Positions 18,006-30,105 of a DNA stretch of 64,000 nucleotides are shown piece after piece. The notes under the pieces are model-generated. The model did no database searches and was not told where the DNA came from. It was given only the letters and a program-made list of their open reading frames with translations. Position 1 is the first letter of the stretch. Each line of letters starts with the position of its first letter. Origin of the DNA: Escherichia coli (GTDB taxonomy: Bacteria > Pseudomonadota > Gammaproteobacteria > Enterobacterales > Enterobacteriaceae); the NCBI RefSeq assembly GCF_044324785.1, contig NZ_CP172127.1; one strand, written 5' to 3'. The position numbers and the translations under genes are program-made.

Positions 18006-19637
18006 ATGAGACATTCATTGCCCTACCGCATGTTACGCAAACGTCCGATGAAATTGAGTACCACAGTGATCTTAATGGTCAGCGCGGTACTGTTCTCGGT
18101 GCTATTGGTGGTGCATCTGATTTACTTCTCGCAAATCAGTGATATGACGCGAGACGGGCTAGCCAACAAGGCACTGGCAGTAGCGCGTACCCTCGCCGAC
18201 TCGCCGGAAATCCGTCAGGGCTTGCAGAAAAAACCGCAGGAGAGTGGAATCCAGGCCATCGCGGAAGCCGTGCGCAAACGCAACGATCTGCTATTTATTG
18301 TCGTTACCGATATGCAAAGTCTTCGCTACTCGCATCCTGAAGCCCAGCGTATTGGTCAGCCATTTAAAGGTGATGACATCCTTAAAGCGCTGAATGGCGA
18401 AGAAAATGTCGCTATCAATCGCGGTTTTCTGGCGCAGGCTTTACGCGTATTTACCCCCATCTACGATGAAAATCATAAACAAATTGGCGTGGTGGCGATC
18501 GGCCTTGAGTTAAGTCGCGTGACCCAACAGATCAATGACAGTCGCTGGAGCATTATCTGGTCGGTACTATTTGGCATGCTGGTCGGACTGATTGGCACTT
18601 GCATTCTGGTTAAGGTACTGAAAAAAATCCTTTTCGGCCTGGAACCCTACGAAATCTCCACGCTGTTTGAGCAACGCCAGGCCATGTTGCAGTCTATCAA
18701 AGAAGGCGTCGTTGCCGTGGACGATCGCGGCGAGGTCACGCTAATCAACGATGCCGCACAAGAATTGCTGAATTACCGTAAGTCGCAGGACGATGAGAAA
18801 CTGTCGACGCTAAGCCACTCGTGGTCACAGGTGGTAGATGTCTCGGAAGTGTTACGCGACGGTACCCCGCGCCGCGACGAAGAGATTACGATTAAAGATC
18901 GGCTATTACTGATCAACACCGTTCCGGTGCGCAGTAATGGCGTTATCATCGGTGCCATTTCAACCTTCAGGGACAAAACTGAAGTACGTAAACTGATGCA
19001 GCGACTCGACGGTCTGGTCAACTATGCTGACGCACTTCGTGAACGATCCCACGAATTTATGAATAAATTGCATGTGATTCTCGGATTATTGCATCTGAAG
19101 AGTTATAAGCAGTTGGAAGATTACATTCTCAAAACAGCCAATAACTATCAGGAAGAGATTGGCTCTCTGCTGGGTAAGATCAAATCTCCGGTTATCGCTG
19201 GTTTTTTAATCAGCAAGATTAACCGCGCGACCGATTTAGGCCATACGCTGATTTTAAACAGTGAAAGCCAGCTGCCAGACAGCGGCAGTGAGGACCAGGT
19301 CGCGACGCTGATTACCACATTGGGAAATCTGATAGAAAACGCGCTGGAAGCATTAGGGCCGGAACCCGGTGGCGAAATTAGCGTAACATTGCACTACCGT
19401 CACGGCTGGCTGCACTGTGAAGTTAACGATGATGGACCGGGGATCGCACCCGATAAAATCGATCACATTTTTGACAAAGGTGTCTCGACAAAAGGAAGCG
19501 AGCGAGGCGTCGGTTTAGCACTTGTCAAACAACAGGTAGAAAATCTCGGCGGCAGCATCGCCGTGGAATCGGAACCCGGGATTTTCACACAATTTTTTGT
19601 CCAGATACCCTGGGACGGGGAGAGGTCGAACAGATGA
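18006..19637 (+). CDS. dcuS: C4-dicarboxylate sensor histidine kinase
   Basis: 543 aa; recognised DcuS sequence; overlaps dcuR start. Confidence 0.95.
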   Translation: MRHSLPYRMLRKRPMKLSTTVILMVSAVLFSVLLVVHLIYFSQISDMTRDGLANKALAVARTLADSPEIRQGLQKKPQESGIQAIAEAVRKRNDLLFIVVTDMQSLRYSHPEAQRIGQPFKGDDILKALNGEENVAINRGFLAQALRVFTPIYDENHKQIGVVAIGLELSRVTQQINDSRWSIIWSVLFGMLVGLIGTCILVKVLKKILFGLEPYEISTLFEQRQAMLQSIKEGVVAVDDRGEVTLINDAAQELLNYRKSQDDEKLSTLSHSWSQVVDVSEVLRDGTPRRDEEITIKDRLLLINTVPVRSNGVIIGAISTFRDKTEVRKLMQRLDGLVNYADALRERSHEFMNKLHVILGLLHLKSYKQLEDYILKTANNYQEEIGSLLGKIKSPVIAGFLISKINRATDLGHTLILNSESQLPDSGSEDQVATLITTLGNLIENALEALGPEPGGEISVTLHYRHGWLHCEVNDDGPGIAPDKIDHIFDKGVSTKGSERGVGLALVKQQVENLGGSIAVESEPGIFTQFFVQIPWDGERSNR

Positions 19638-20353
19638 TCAATGTATTAATTATCGATGACGACGCAATGGTCGCGGAGCTGAATCGCCGATACGTAGCAC
19701 AAATCCCAGGCTTTCAATGCTGTGGAACAGCCTCGACGCTGGAGAAAGCCAAAGAGATTATCTTCAATAGCGATACGCCTATCGACCTGATATTGCTCGA
19801 TATCTATATGCAAAAAGAGAACGGGCTCGATTTACTGCCTGTCCTGCATAACGCGCGTTGCAAAAGTGATGTGATTGTCATCTCCTCCGCAGCCGATGCG
19901 GCAACCATTAAAGATTCGCTGCATTACGGTGTCGTGGATTACCTGATCAAACCCTTCCAGGCTTCCCGCTTTGAAGAGGCGCTCACCGGCTGGCGGCAAA
20001 AGAAAATTGCGCTGGAAAAACATCAGTATTATGACCAGGCCGAGCTTGATCAGCTAATCCACGGCAGCAGCTCCAACGAGCAGGATCCTCGTCGCTTGCC
20101 AAAAGGCTTAACGCCGCAGACGTTACGCACGCTGTGCCAGTGGATTGACGCGCATCAGGACTATGAGTTTTCAACCGACGAGCTGGCCAACGAGGTTAAC
20201 ATATCGCGTGTTTCCTGCCGTAAATACCTCATCTGGCTGGTCAACTGCCACATCTTGTTCACCAGTATCCATTATGGCGTTACGGGGCGTCCGGTTTACC
20301 GTTACCGTATTCAGGCAGAACACTACTCACTGCTGAAACAATATTGCCAATAA
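19634..20353 (+). CDS. dcuR: C4-dicarboxylate response regulator
   Basis: 239 aa; receiver domain; ATGA overlap with dcuS. Confidence 0.95.
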   Translation: MINVLIIDDDAMVAELNRRYVAQIPGFQCCGTASTLEKAKEIIFNSDTPIDLILLDIYMQKENGLDLLPVLHNARCKSDVIVISSAADAATIKDSLHYGVVDYLIKPFQASRFEEALTGWRQKKIALEKHQYYDQAELDQLIHGSSSNEQDPRRLPKGLTPQTLRTLCQWIDAHQDYEFSTDELANEVNISRVSCRKYLIWLVNCHILFTSIHYGVTGRPVYRYRIQAEHYSLLKQYCQ

Positions 20354-20923
20354 CGGATCGCTGGTTATCTGTAAGTAATAATTATTACTGTAATGCAAAA
20401 TATTCCTGGCACAAGTTACATTCTTCATCAGTAAAACTTGTGCCAGATCAAATATAATTATCCCTCCATCATCGTTAAAAATTAATATCTCTTCAGATGA
20501 ACGGTGTTTTTAATTTCAAAACGCTAACAAAAGTTAATTAACTATTATGTCACCCGCATTATGTGTATTTTTACCCACAAATGGGTAGATCAGATTAATC
20601 TATAAACCTAATGACATCTGCCCTGAGAACAAAAAATAGACCAATAAATATCAATAAGATAGAAGCAAACAAAACATTAACATCTGCGCAGTACAAACTA
20701 TAAACCCATCGCCAGAGAGTCATTCTCTCTGAAAAAGCCGCTTATCACAGTGCATAAATTTGCCGCTGCTTTAATCAGCCAATATTCACTGTGAGGTATT
20801 TGCTAAAGCCGGTAACGACCAAACGGATATTTAGTCAGGCTCTGAAAACAGTTCATACAAAACAGAACGTGACTGTGATCTATTCAGCAAAAATTTAAAT
20901 AGGATTATCGCGAGGGTTCACAC

Positions 20924-22264
20924 ATGTTATTTACTATCCAACTTATCATAATACTGATATGTCTGTTTTATGGTGCCAGAAAGGGTGGTATCGCGCTGGG
21001 TTTATTAGGCGGTATCGGTCTGGTCATTCTGGTCTTCGTCTTCCACCTTCAGCCAGGTAAACCACCGGTTGATGTCATGCTGGTTATCATTGCGGTGGTG
21101 GCGGCATCGGCGACCTTGCAAGCTTCGGGCGGTCTTGATGTCATGCTGCAAATTGCCGAGAAGCTGCTGCGCCGCAACCCGAAATATGTCTCAATTGTCG
21201 CGCCGTTTGTGACCTGTACGCTGACCATTCTTTGCGGTACGGGTCATGTGGTTTACACCATTCTGCCGATCATCTACGACGTTGCTATTAAGAACAACAT
21301 CCGTCCGGAACGTCCAATGGCGGCAAGTTCTATTGGTGCACAGATGGGGATTATCGCCAGTCCGGTGTCGGTTGCGGTCGTATCTCTGGTTGCGATGCTG
21401 GGTAATGTCACCTTTGATGGTCGCCATCTTGAGTTCCTCGACCTGCTGGCAATCACCATTCCATCGACGTTAATCGGTATCCTGGCGATCGGTATCTTCA
21501 GCTGGTTCCGCGGTAAAGATCTGGATAAAGACGAAGAGTTCCAGAAATTCATCTCCGTACCGGAAAACCGTGAGTATGTTTACGGTGATACCGCGACGCT
21601 GCTGGATAAAAAACTGCCGAAAAGCAACTGGCTGGCAATGTGGATCTTCCTCGGGGCAATCGCTGTAGTCGCCCTTCTTGGTGCTGATTCGGACCTGCGT
21701 CCATCCTTCGGCGGCAAACCGCTGTCGATGGTACTGGTTATTCAGATGTTTATGCTGCTGACCGGGGCGCTGATTATTATCCTGACCAAAACCAATCCCG
21801 CGTCTATCTCAAAAAACGAAGTCTTCCGTTCCGGTATGATCGCCATCGTGGCGGTGTACGGTATCGCATGGATGGCAGAAACCATGTTCGGTGCGCATAT
21901 GTCTGAAATTCAGGGCGTACTGGGCGAAATGGTGAAAGAGTATCCGTGGGCCTATGCCATTGTTCTGCTGCTGGTTTCCAAGTTTGTAAACTCTCAGGCT
22001 GCGGCGCTGGCGGCGATTGTTCCGGTCGCGCTGGCGATCGGCGTTGATCCGGCATACATCGTGGCTTCAGCACCGGCTTGCTACGGTTATTACATCCTGC
22101 CGACTTATCCGAGCGATCTGGCAGCGATTCAGTTTGACCGTTCCGGCACCACCCACATCGGTCGCTTCGTCATCAACCACAGCTTTATTCTGCCGGGGTT
22201 GATTGGTGTGAGCGTATCGTGCGTCTTCGGCTGGATCTTCGCCGCGATGTACGGGTTCTTATAA
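20924..22264 (+). CDS. dcuB: Anaerobic C4-dicarboxylate transporter
   Basis: 446 aa; preceded by 570-bp regulatory region. Confidence 0.95.
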
Positions 22265-22341
22265 ATGCACTTTGCGTGCCGCCCGTGACTACGCGGCACG
22301 CCATTTTCGAATAACAAATACAGAGTTACAGGCTGGAAGCT

Positions 22342-23988
22342 ATGTCAAACAAACCCTTTATCTACCAGGCACCTTTCCCGATGGGGAAAGACAATACCGA
22401 ATACTATCTACTCACTTCCGATTACGTTAGCGTTTCCGACTTCGACGGCGAAACCATTCTGAAAGTGGAACCAGAAGCCCTGACCCTGCTGGCGCAGCAA
22501 GCCTTTCACGACGCTTCTTTCATGCTCCGCCCGGCCCACCAGAAACAGGTCGCGGCTATTCTTCACGATCCAGAAGCCAGCGAAAACGACAAGTACGTGG
22601 CGCTGCAATTCTTAAGAAACTCCGAAATCGCCGCCAAAGGCGTACTGCCGACCTGCCAGGACACCGGCACCGCGATCATCGTCGGTAAAAAAGGCCAGCG
22701 CGTGTGGACCGGTGGCGGTGATGAAGAAGCGCTGTCGAAAGGCGTCTATAACACCTATATCGAGGATAACCTGCGCTATTCACAGAACGCGCCGCTGGAC
22801 ATGTATAAAGAGGTCAACACCGGCACGAACCTGCCTGCGCAAATCGACCTGTACGCGGTAGATGGCGATGAGTACAAATTCCTTTGCGTTGCGAAAGGCG
22901 GCGGCTCTGCCAACAAAACCTATCTCTACCAGGAAACCAAAGCCCTGCTGACTCCCGGCAAACTGAAAAACTTCCTCGTTGAGAAAATGCGTACCCTCGG
23001 TACTGCAGCCTGCCCGCCGTACCATATCGCGTTTGTGATTGGCGGTACGTCTGCGGAAACCAACCTGAAAACCGTCAAGTTAGCAAGCGCTCACTATTAC
23101 GATGAACTGCCGACGGAAGGGAACGAACATGGTCAGGCGTTCCGCGATGTCCAGCTGGAACAGGAACTGCTGGAAGAGGCCCAGAAACTCGGTCTTGGCG
23201 CGCAGTTTGGCGGTAAATACTTCGCGCACGACATTCGCGTTATCCGTCTGCCACGTCACGGCGCATCCTGCCCGGTAGGCATGGGCGTCTCCTGCTCCGC
23301 TGACCGTAACATTAAAGCGAAAATCAACCGCGAAGGTATCTGGATCGAAAAACTGGAACACAATCCAGGCCAGTACATTCCACAAGAACTGCGTCAGGCC
23401 GGTGAAGGCGAAGCGGTGAAAGTCGACCTTAACCGCCCGATGAAAGAGATCCTCGCCCAGCTTTCGCAATACCCGGTATCCACCCGCTTGTCGCTCACCG
23501 GCACCATTATCGTGGGTCGAGATATTGCACACGCCAAGCTGAAAGAGCTGATTGACGCCGGTAAAGAACTGCCGCAGTACATCAAAGATCACCCGATCTA
23601 CTACGCGGGTCCGGCGAAAACGCCTGCCGGTTATCCATCAGGTTCACTTGGCCCAACCACCGCAGGTCGTATGGACTCCTACGTGGATCTGCTGCAATCC
23701 CACGGCGGCAGCATGATCATGCTGGCGAAAGGCAACCGCAGCCAGCAGGTTACCGACGCGTGCCATAAACACGGCGGCTTTTACCTCGGTAGCATCGGCG
23801 GTCCAGCGGCGGTACTGGCGCAGCAGAGCATCAAGCATCTGGAATGCGTCGCTTATCCGGAGCTGGGTATGGAAGCTATCTGGAAAATCGAAGTAGAAGA
23901 TTTCCCGGCGTTTATCCTGGTCGATGACAAAGGTAACGACTTCTTCCAGCAAATCGTCAACAAACAGTGCGCGAACTGCACTAAGTAA
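22342..23988 (+). CDS. fumB: Class I fumarate hydratase (anaerobic)
   Basis: 548 aa; assigned fumB rather than fumA by position downstream of dcuB. Confidence 0.9.
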   Translation: MSNKPFIYQAPFPMGKDNTEYYLLTSDYVSVSDFDGETILKVEPEALTLLAQQAFHDASFMLRPAHQKQVAAILHDPEASENDKYVALQFLRNSEIAAKGVLPTCQDTGTAIIVGKKGQRVWTGGGDEEALSKGVYNTYIEDNLRYSQNAPLDMYKEVNTGTNLPAQIDLYAVDGDEYKFLCVAKGGGSANKTYLYQETKALLTPGKLKNFLVEKMRTLGTAACPPYHIAFVIGGTSAETNLKTVKLASAHYYDELPTEGNEHGQAFRDVQLEQELLEEAQKLGLGAQFGGKYFAHDIRVIRLPRHGASCPVGMGVSCSADRNIKAKINREGIWIEKLEHNPGQYIPQELRQAGEGEAVKVDLNRPMKEILAQLSQYPVSTRLSLTGTIIVGRDIAHAKLKELIDAGKELPQYIKDHPIYYAGPAKTPAGYPSGSLGPTTAGRMDSYVDLLQSHGGSMIMLAKGNRSQQVTDACHKHGGFYLGSIGGPAAVLAQQSIKHLECVAYPELGMEAIWKIEVEDFPAFILVDDKGNDFFQQIVNKQCANCTK

Positions 23989-24110
23989 CCTCTTCGGCCC
24001 AGCGCCTGGCAGCATGCTGCCAGGTGATCCCCCTGGGCCACCTCTTTTGCGATTGTAATTTCACGCTTGCTGGTGAATAGTCAGTATTTTCCCTGACTTG
24101 CGAACTCACC

Positions 24111-24761
24111 ATGACCCGCACACTCAAGCCGTTAATTCTTAACACCGGCGCACTGGCGCTAACGTTAATCCTGATTTATACCGGCATTTCGGCCCATGAC
24201 AAACTCACCTGGCTGATGGAAGTGACACCGGTGATTATTGTCGTGCCGCTACTGCTTGCCACCGCCAGACGTTATCCGTTAACGCCGCTGCTCTATACGC
24301 TCATTTTCTTTCACGCCATCATCCTGATGGTCGGCGGACAATACACCTACGCGAAAGTCCCCGTTGGTTTTGAGGTGCAGGAATGGCTGGGGTTGAGTCG
24401 TAATCCGTATGACAAGCTGGGGCACTTTTTCCAGGGGCTGGTGCCTGCACTGGTGGCACGAGAAATTCTCGTTCGCGGGATGTACGTGCGCGGACGTAAA
24501 ATGGTGGCGTTCCTGGTCTGCTGCGTGGCGCTGGCGATAAGCGCGATGTATGAATTAATCGAGTGGTGGGCGGCGCTGGCAATGGGCCAGGGAGCGGATG
24601 ATTTTCTCGGCACCCAGGGCGACCAGTGGGACACGCAATCCGATATGTTCTGCGCGCTGCTTGGCGCATTAACGACGGTGATATTCCTCGCTCGCTTTCA
24701 TTGCCGCCAGCTACGGCGCTTTGGCTTAATCACCAGAGCGCCGGAAGCGATTACCCCTTAA
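24111..24761 (+). CDS. yjdF: Inner membrane protein YjdF (DUF2238)
   Basis: 216 aa hydrophobic protein; stop codon shares the tetranucleotide TTAA with the melA stop on the other strand. Confidence 0.8.
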   Translation: MTRTLKPLILNTGALALTLILIYTGISAHDKLTWLMEVTPVIIVVPLLLATARRYPLTPLLYTLIFFHAIILMVGGQYTYAKVPVGFEVQEWLGLSRNPYDKLGHFFQGLVPALVAREILVRGMYVRGRKMVAFLVCCVALAISAMYELIEWWAALAMGQGADDFLGTQGDQWDTQSDMFCALLGALTTVIFLARFHCRQLRRFGLITRAPEAITP

Positions 24762-26113
24762 CGGTGCAACCAGCCAGGCAGCCAGTCGCCGTGGGCAGCA
24801 ATCAAGTCGTCAACAAGAGCATATATTTCGTCAATGCCCAGCACGGCGGCAGTATGCGGGTCCATCATCGCGGCGTGGTAAACACGGTCGCGATTTTCCG
24901 TAAGAATGGCTTCGGTCAGCAGCGTCTGTACGTTGATGTTGGTTTGCATCAGAGCGGCCAGATGCGAAGGTAGCGTACCGACTTTGGTCGGCTGAATGCC
25001 ATTAGCATCAACCAGACAGGCTACTTCCACGCAACATCCTTGTGGCAGGTTATCAATCAAACCATCGTTACGGACGTTGCCGTAAATCACACTCGGCTCG
25101 CCAGTCCAGATAGCGTTCATGATTGTGCTGGCATATTCCCGTGACGGTTTAATATCAATCCGGGAGGCGTTTTTATACTCCTCCAGCTCTTTATGCCAGT
25201 TCGCCAGCTGCTCGACGCAGCGTTTCGGGTACTCATCCAGCGGTACTTTATAACGCTCAATCAAATCCTCACGACCTGGCTTAATAAACCACGGTGTGTA
25301 CTCAGCAAAATGTTCTGACGATTCCGTGACGAAGTAGCCCAGCTTTTTGAACATTTCGTAGCGCACAATATTCTGGCAGCGAGTATTGCCATGAATATTC
25401 GGCTTCGGTGCCTGCCCTGCTTCATAAGCCGCCAGCAGTTCCGGGTAGAGATTCACGTAACTGCCGTCGGCGGTTTTGCGCTCCAGTTCCAGGTAAAACG
25501 CCATATGGTTGATACCTGCGCAACGGTAACGTAGCGTAGCCGGGTCGATATTGAGGTCACGCGCCAGCTCTTCCGCCGTTCCCTGCACCGAATGGCACAA
25601 CCCTACCTGTTTGATATGCGGATAGTGGGCATACATCGCCCAGGTATTCATCGCCATTGGGTTAACGTAGTTGAGCATGGTGGCATCGGGGCAGACTTCC
25701 GTCATGTCCTCGCAAATTTGCCACAGATGCGGAATGGTACGTAGCGCGCGCATAATACCGCCCGGCCCCAACGTATCGGCAATGGTTTGTTCCAGACCAT
25801 GCCGCTTACAGACCTCGAAATCAGTCACCGTGCAAGGTTCATAACCGCCAATCTGAAATGCCACCACCACAAAATCGGCATCCTGTAAGGCTTCTTTCTG
25901 TTGGGTGTGGCAGGTGATTTTGCCGCTGGCCCCTGCTGAATCCATCAGCTTACGCACCACAATGTGCGACTCTTCCAGGCGGGTGGGATCAATGTCCATC
26001 AGGGCAATATGCGCCGTTTTCAGCGCCTCGCGATGGAACACATCACCAAGAATATTTTTAACGAAAATCGTCGAACCAGCGCCGATAAATGTAATTTTGG
26101 GTGCAGACATCAT
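24758..26113 (-). CDS. melA: Alpha-galactosidase (melibiase), GH4
   Basis: 451 aa; N-terminal NAD-binding GAGS motif. Confidence 0.9.
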   Translation of the reverse strand: MMSAPKITFIGAGSTIFVKNILGDVFHREALKTAHIALMDIDPTRLEESHIVVRKLMDSAGASGKITCHTQQKEALQDADFVVVAFQIGGYEPCTVTDFEVCKRHGLEQTIADTLGPGGIMRALRTIPHLWQICEDMTEVCPDATMLNYVNPMAMNTWAMYAHYPHIKQVGLCHSVQGTAEELARDLNIDPATLRYRCAGINHMAFYLELERKTADGSYVNLYPELLAAYEAGQAPKPNIHGNTRCQNIVRYEMFKKLGYFVTESSEHFAEYTPWFIKPGREDLIERYKVPLDEYPKRCVEQLANWHKELEEYKNASRIDIKPSREYASTIMNAIWTGEPSVIYGNVRNDGLIDNLPQGCCVEVACLVDANGIQPTKVGTLPSHLAALMQTNINVQTLLTEAILTENRDRVYHAAMMDPHTAAVLGIDEIYALVDDLIAAHGDWLPGWLHR

Positions 26114-26395
26114 GCAGATCTCCTGGCTTGCTTGAATAACTTCATCATGGCAGGCGAATCTGCAGAAAACCTCCGGCTTCCAGGTTGAGCATTCCCATAA
26201 ACTCAGATCCTGCGTGAAGCGGCAGTAAATCTAAGTTTATGGGAATAATTTACCTGAAAAGCAGAGTTTTCGGCCTCATGATGCTCGGACAGTCCCCTCG
26301 CCGCTGTGGGAAGAGGGTGAAAACCGTGCTCCCACTCGCAGTCATCCTCCCTCACTCCTGCCATAATTCTGATATTCCAGGAAAGAGAGCCATCC
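26114..26395. promoter_or_regulatory. Divergent melA / melR promoter region
   Basis: Intergenic region between divergently transcribed melA and melR; individual MelR/CRP sites not resolved. Confidence 0.45.
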
Positions 26396-27304
26396 ATGAA
26401 TACAGATACGTTTATGTGCAGCAGCGACGAAAAACAGACCCGCAGCCCGCTGTCGCTGTATTCGGAATACCAGCGGATGGAGATTGAGTTTCGCGCACCG
26501 CATATCATGCCCACCAGCCACTGGCATGGTCAGGTCGAAGTGAATGTGCCTTTCGATGGCGATGTGGAATACCTGATCAACAATGAAAAAGTGAATATCA
26601 ATCAGGGTCATATCACGCTGTTCTGGGCCTGTACACCGCACCAACTAACAGATACCGGAACCTGTCAGAGCATGGCGATTTTTAATCTGCCGATGCATCT
26701 GTTTCTCTCCTGGCCGCTGGATAAAGACCTGATTAACCACGTCACTCACGGCATGGTGATCAAATCACTGGCCACACAGCAACTTAGCCCGTTTGAAGTG
26801 CGCCGCTGGCAGCAGGAATTGAACAGTCCGAACGAGCAAATTCGCCAGCTCGCCATTGATGAAATTGGCCTGATGCTCAAGCGATTTAGCCTCTCTGGCT
26901 GGGAACCGATTCTGGTCAATAAAACCTCGCGCACACACAAAAACAGCGTCTCGCGCCATGCGCAATTTTATGTCAGCCAGATGCTGGGCTTTATTGCCGA
27001 AAACTATGATCAGGCGCTGACCATCAACGATGTGGCTGAGCACGTCAAACTTAACGCCAACTATGCAATGGGGATATTCCAGCGGGTCATGCAATTGACG
27101 ATGAAACAGTACATAACCGCGATGCGCATCAACCACGTTCGCGCGTTACTGAGCGATACCGATAAAAATATTCTCGATATTGCCCTGACGGCAGGCTTTC
27201 GTTCAAGTAGTCGTTTTTACAGCACGTTCGGCAAATATGTCGGCATGTCGCCGCAACAATACCGCAAACTTAGCCAACAGCGCCGCCAGACGTTTCCCGG
27301 CTAA
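26396..27304 (+). CDS. melR: AraC-family melibiose operon activator
   Basis: 302 aa; C-terminal AraC-type HTH. Confidence 0.9.
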   Translation: MNTDTFMCSSDEKQTRSPLSLYSEYQRMEIEFRAPHIMPTSHWHGQVEVNVPFDGDVEYLINNEKVNINQGHITLFWACTPHQLTDTGTCQSMAIFNLPMHLFLSWPLDKDLINHVTHGMVIKSLATQQLSPFEVRRWQQELNSPNEQIRQLAIDEIGLMLKRFSLSGWEPILVNKTSRTHKNSVSRHAQFYVSQMLGFIAENYDQALTINDVAEHVKLNANYAMGIFQRVMQLTMKQYITAMRINHVRALLSDTDKNILDIALTAGFRSSSRFYSTFGKYVGMSPQQYRKLSQQRRQTFPG

Positions 27305-27502
27305 AGACGATATCAGTATCAGCCAAAAAAATAGTTTAGCCGTCGATAATAAGCAGTGAAAATAATTTAAAATAATCACATAACATATTGTTTATAAAAA
27401 CAAATATTTCAAAAATGTTTGTTTTTCACGCGCTTTACAGCCCGAAAAGGCCGGAAGATACTTGCCCGCAACGAAGATTCCTTCATAACCGGGTAAGCAA
27501 TG

Positions 27503-29770
27503 ATGAAAGTATTAATTGTTGAAAGCGAGTTTCTCCATCAAGACACCTGGGTCGGTAACGCCGTTGAGCGTCTGGCAGATGCTTTAAGCCAGCAAAATGT
27601 TACCGTGATTAAATCCACCTCCTTTGATGATGGTTTTGCCATTCTCTCTTCAAACGAAGCCATTGACTGCCTGATGTTCAGCTATCAAATGGAACATCCG
27701 GACGAACATCAAAACGTCAGACAATTGATCGGTAAGCTTCATGAGCGTCAACAAAACGTGCCGGTCTTCCTGTTGGGCGATCGGGAAAAAGCCCTCGCCG
27801 CAATGGACCGGGATCTGCTGGAGCTTGTCGATGAATTCGCCTGGATTCTGGAAGATACCGCCGACTTTATCGCCGGACGCGCCGTTGCCGCGATGACCCG
27901 CTACCGCCAGCAACTGTTGCCGCCACTGTTCAGCGCGCTGATGAAATATAGCGACATCCATGAATATTCCTGGGCAGCGCCAGGCCACCAGGGTGGCGTT
28001 GGTTTTACCAAAACACCCGCCGGACGTTTCTACCATGACTACTATGGTGAAAATCTGTTCCGCACCGACATGGGCATCGAACGAACTTCCCTCGGTTCTT
28101 TGCTTGACCATACTGGCGCATTTGGCGAAAGCGAAAAATATGCCGCACGCGTATTTGGTGCCGATCGCTCCTGGTCGGTAGTCGTCGGTACTTCCGGCTC
28201 TAACCGCACCATCATGCAGGCTTGCATGACCGATAACGATGTCGTGGTCGTTGACCGTAACTGCCATAAATCCATCGAACAAGGCTTGATGCTGACAGGC
28301 GCGAAACCGGTCTACATGGTGCCAAGCCGCAACCGCTACGGCATTATCGGGCCAATCTATCCGCAGGAAATGCAACCTGAAACCTTGCAGAAGAAAATCA
28401 GTGAAAGCCCGCTGACTAAAGACAAAGCCGGGCAAAAACCGTCTTACTGCGTAGTGACCAACTGTACCTATGACGGCGTGTGTTATAACGCTAAAGAAGC
28501 GCAGGATCTGCTGGAAAAAACCTCCGATCGTCTGCACTTTGACGAAGCCTGGTACGGCTATGCACGTTTCAACCCGATCTATGCCGATCACTATGCCATG
28601 CGCGGCGAACCTGGCGATCACAACGGTCCTACCGTTTTCGCCACCCACTCCACCCACAAACTACTGAATGCACTGTCACAGGCCTCTTATATTCATGTAC
28701 GTGAAGGTCGTGGGGCGATTAACTTCTCCCGCTTCAACCAGGCCTACATGATGCATGCCACCACCTCCCCGCTGTATGCCATCTGTGCATCCAACGACGT
28801 GGCAGTGTCGATGATGGACGGCAACAGCGGCCTGTCACTGACCCAGGAAGTGATCGACGAAGCGGTTGATTTCCGTCAGGCGATGGCGCGGCTGTATAAA
28901 GAGTTCACCGCTGACGGTAGCTGGTTCTTCAAACCGTGGAACAAAGAAGTCGTCACCGACCCACAAACCGGCAAAACCTATGACTTTGCTGACGCACCAA
29001 CCAAACTGCTGACCACCGTTCAGGACTGCTGGGTCATGCATCCGGGCGAAAGCTGGCACGGCTTCAAAGATATTCCGGATAACTGGAGTATGCTCGACCC
29101 GATTAAAGTCAGCATCCTTGCTCCGGGAATGGGTGAAGATGGTGAACTGGAAGAAACCGGTGTTCCGGCGGCGCTGGTCACTGCCTGGCTTGGTCGCCAC
29201 GGCATTGTGCCTACCCGCACCACTGACTTCCAAATCATGTTCCTGTTCTCTATGGGCATAACCCGTGGGAAATGGGGGACTCTGGTTAACACCCTTTGCT
29301 CCTTCAAACGCCACTATGACGCCAACACACCGCTGGCGCAGGTGATGCCGGAACTTGTTGAACAATATCCTGACACTTACGCGAACATGGGGATTCACGA
29401 TCTGGGTGACACCATGTTTGCCTGGCTGAAAGAAAACAACCCTGGCGCACGGTTGAACGAAGCCTATTCCGGCCTGCCGGTGGCGGAAATCACCCCGCGT
29501 GAAGCGTACAACGCGATTGTCGACAACAATGTCGAACTGGTATCCATTGAAAATCTGCCAGGACGCATCGCGGCAAACTCAGTTATCCCGTATCCGCCAG
29601 GAATCCCGATGCTGCTGTCTGGTGAAAACTTCGGCGATAAAAACAGTCCGCAAGTAAGTTATTTACGCTCGCTGCAATCCTGGGACCATCATTTCCCTGG
29701 ATTTGAACACGAAACAGAAGGGACAGAAATTATTGACGGTATTTACCACGTTATGTGTGTGAAAGCGTAA
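27503..29770 (+). CDS. adiA: Biodegradative arginine decarboxylase
   Basis: 755 aa; paralogous to CadA. Confidence 0.9.
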   Translation: MKVLIVESEFLHQDTWVGNAVERLADALSQQNVTVIKSTSFDDGFAILSSNEAIDCLMFSYQMEHPDEHQNVRQLIGKLHERQQNVPVFLLGDREKALAAMDRDLLELVDEFAWILEDTADFIAGRAVAAMTRYRQQLLPPLFSALMKYSDIHEYSWAAPGHQGGVGFTKTPAGRFYHDYYGENLFRTDMGIERTSLGSLLDHTGAFGESEKYAARVFGADRSWSVVVGTSGSNRTIMQACMTDNDVVVVDRNCHKSIEQGLMLTGAKPVYMVPSRNRYGIIGPIYPQEMQPETLQKKISESPLTKDKAGQKPSYCVVTNCTYDGVCYNAKEAQDLLEKTSDRLHFDEAWYGYARFNPIYADHYAMRGEPGDHNGPTVFATHSTHKLLNALSQASYIHVREGRGAINFSRFNQAYMMHATTSPLYAICASNDVAVSMMDGNSGLSLTQEVIDEAVDFRQAMARLYKEFTADGSWFFKPWNKEVVTDPQTGKTYDFADAPTKLLTTVQDCWVMHPGESWHGFKDIPDNWSMLDPIKVSILAPGMGEDGELEETGVPAALVTAWLGRHGIVPTRTTDFQIMFLFSMGITRGKWGTLVNTLCSFKRHYDANTPLAQVMPELVEQYPDTYANMGIHDLGDTMFAWLKENNPGARLNEAYSGLPVAEITPREAYNAIVDNNVELVSIENLPGRIAANSVIPYPPGIPMLLSGENFGDKNSPQVSYLRSLQSWDHHFPGFEHETEGTEIIDGIYHVMCVKA

Positions 29771-29887
29771 CCACTATTCCGCTGAAGGCGTAATTGTTAA
29801 ATAACATTACGCCGCCTGGCTTGAGGCCTTTTAAGTATGGCAACGTTTTCATAAAAATTGCTGCAAACAAAAAATGTCATGCTTTTT

Positions 29888-29914
29888 GCGCGGTCCCACC
29901 CCGCGCTTTTTTTT
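29888..29914 (+). terminator. Rho-independent terminator after adiA
   Basis: gcgcgg tcccacc ccgcgc followed by tttttttt. Confidence 0.5.
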
Positions 29915-30105
29915 GCCTGTTATTTATCCTTTTTTTAGCCTGTAAAAAAATATGTACATGAGAAATTACTATAAAAATTTGTAATATTAGTAAAACTCGT
30001 TATTTTTATGCATGTTTATATTCATCATACAATTATATAACCATTTCCCGGTATCGCTTCGCTTTAGCGAGAACTGGTCTTTTATTCGCACTCAGGAGTA
30101 CATGT

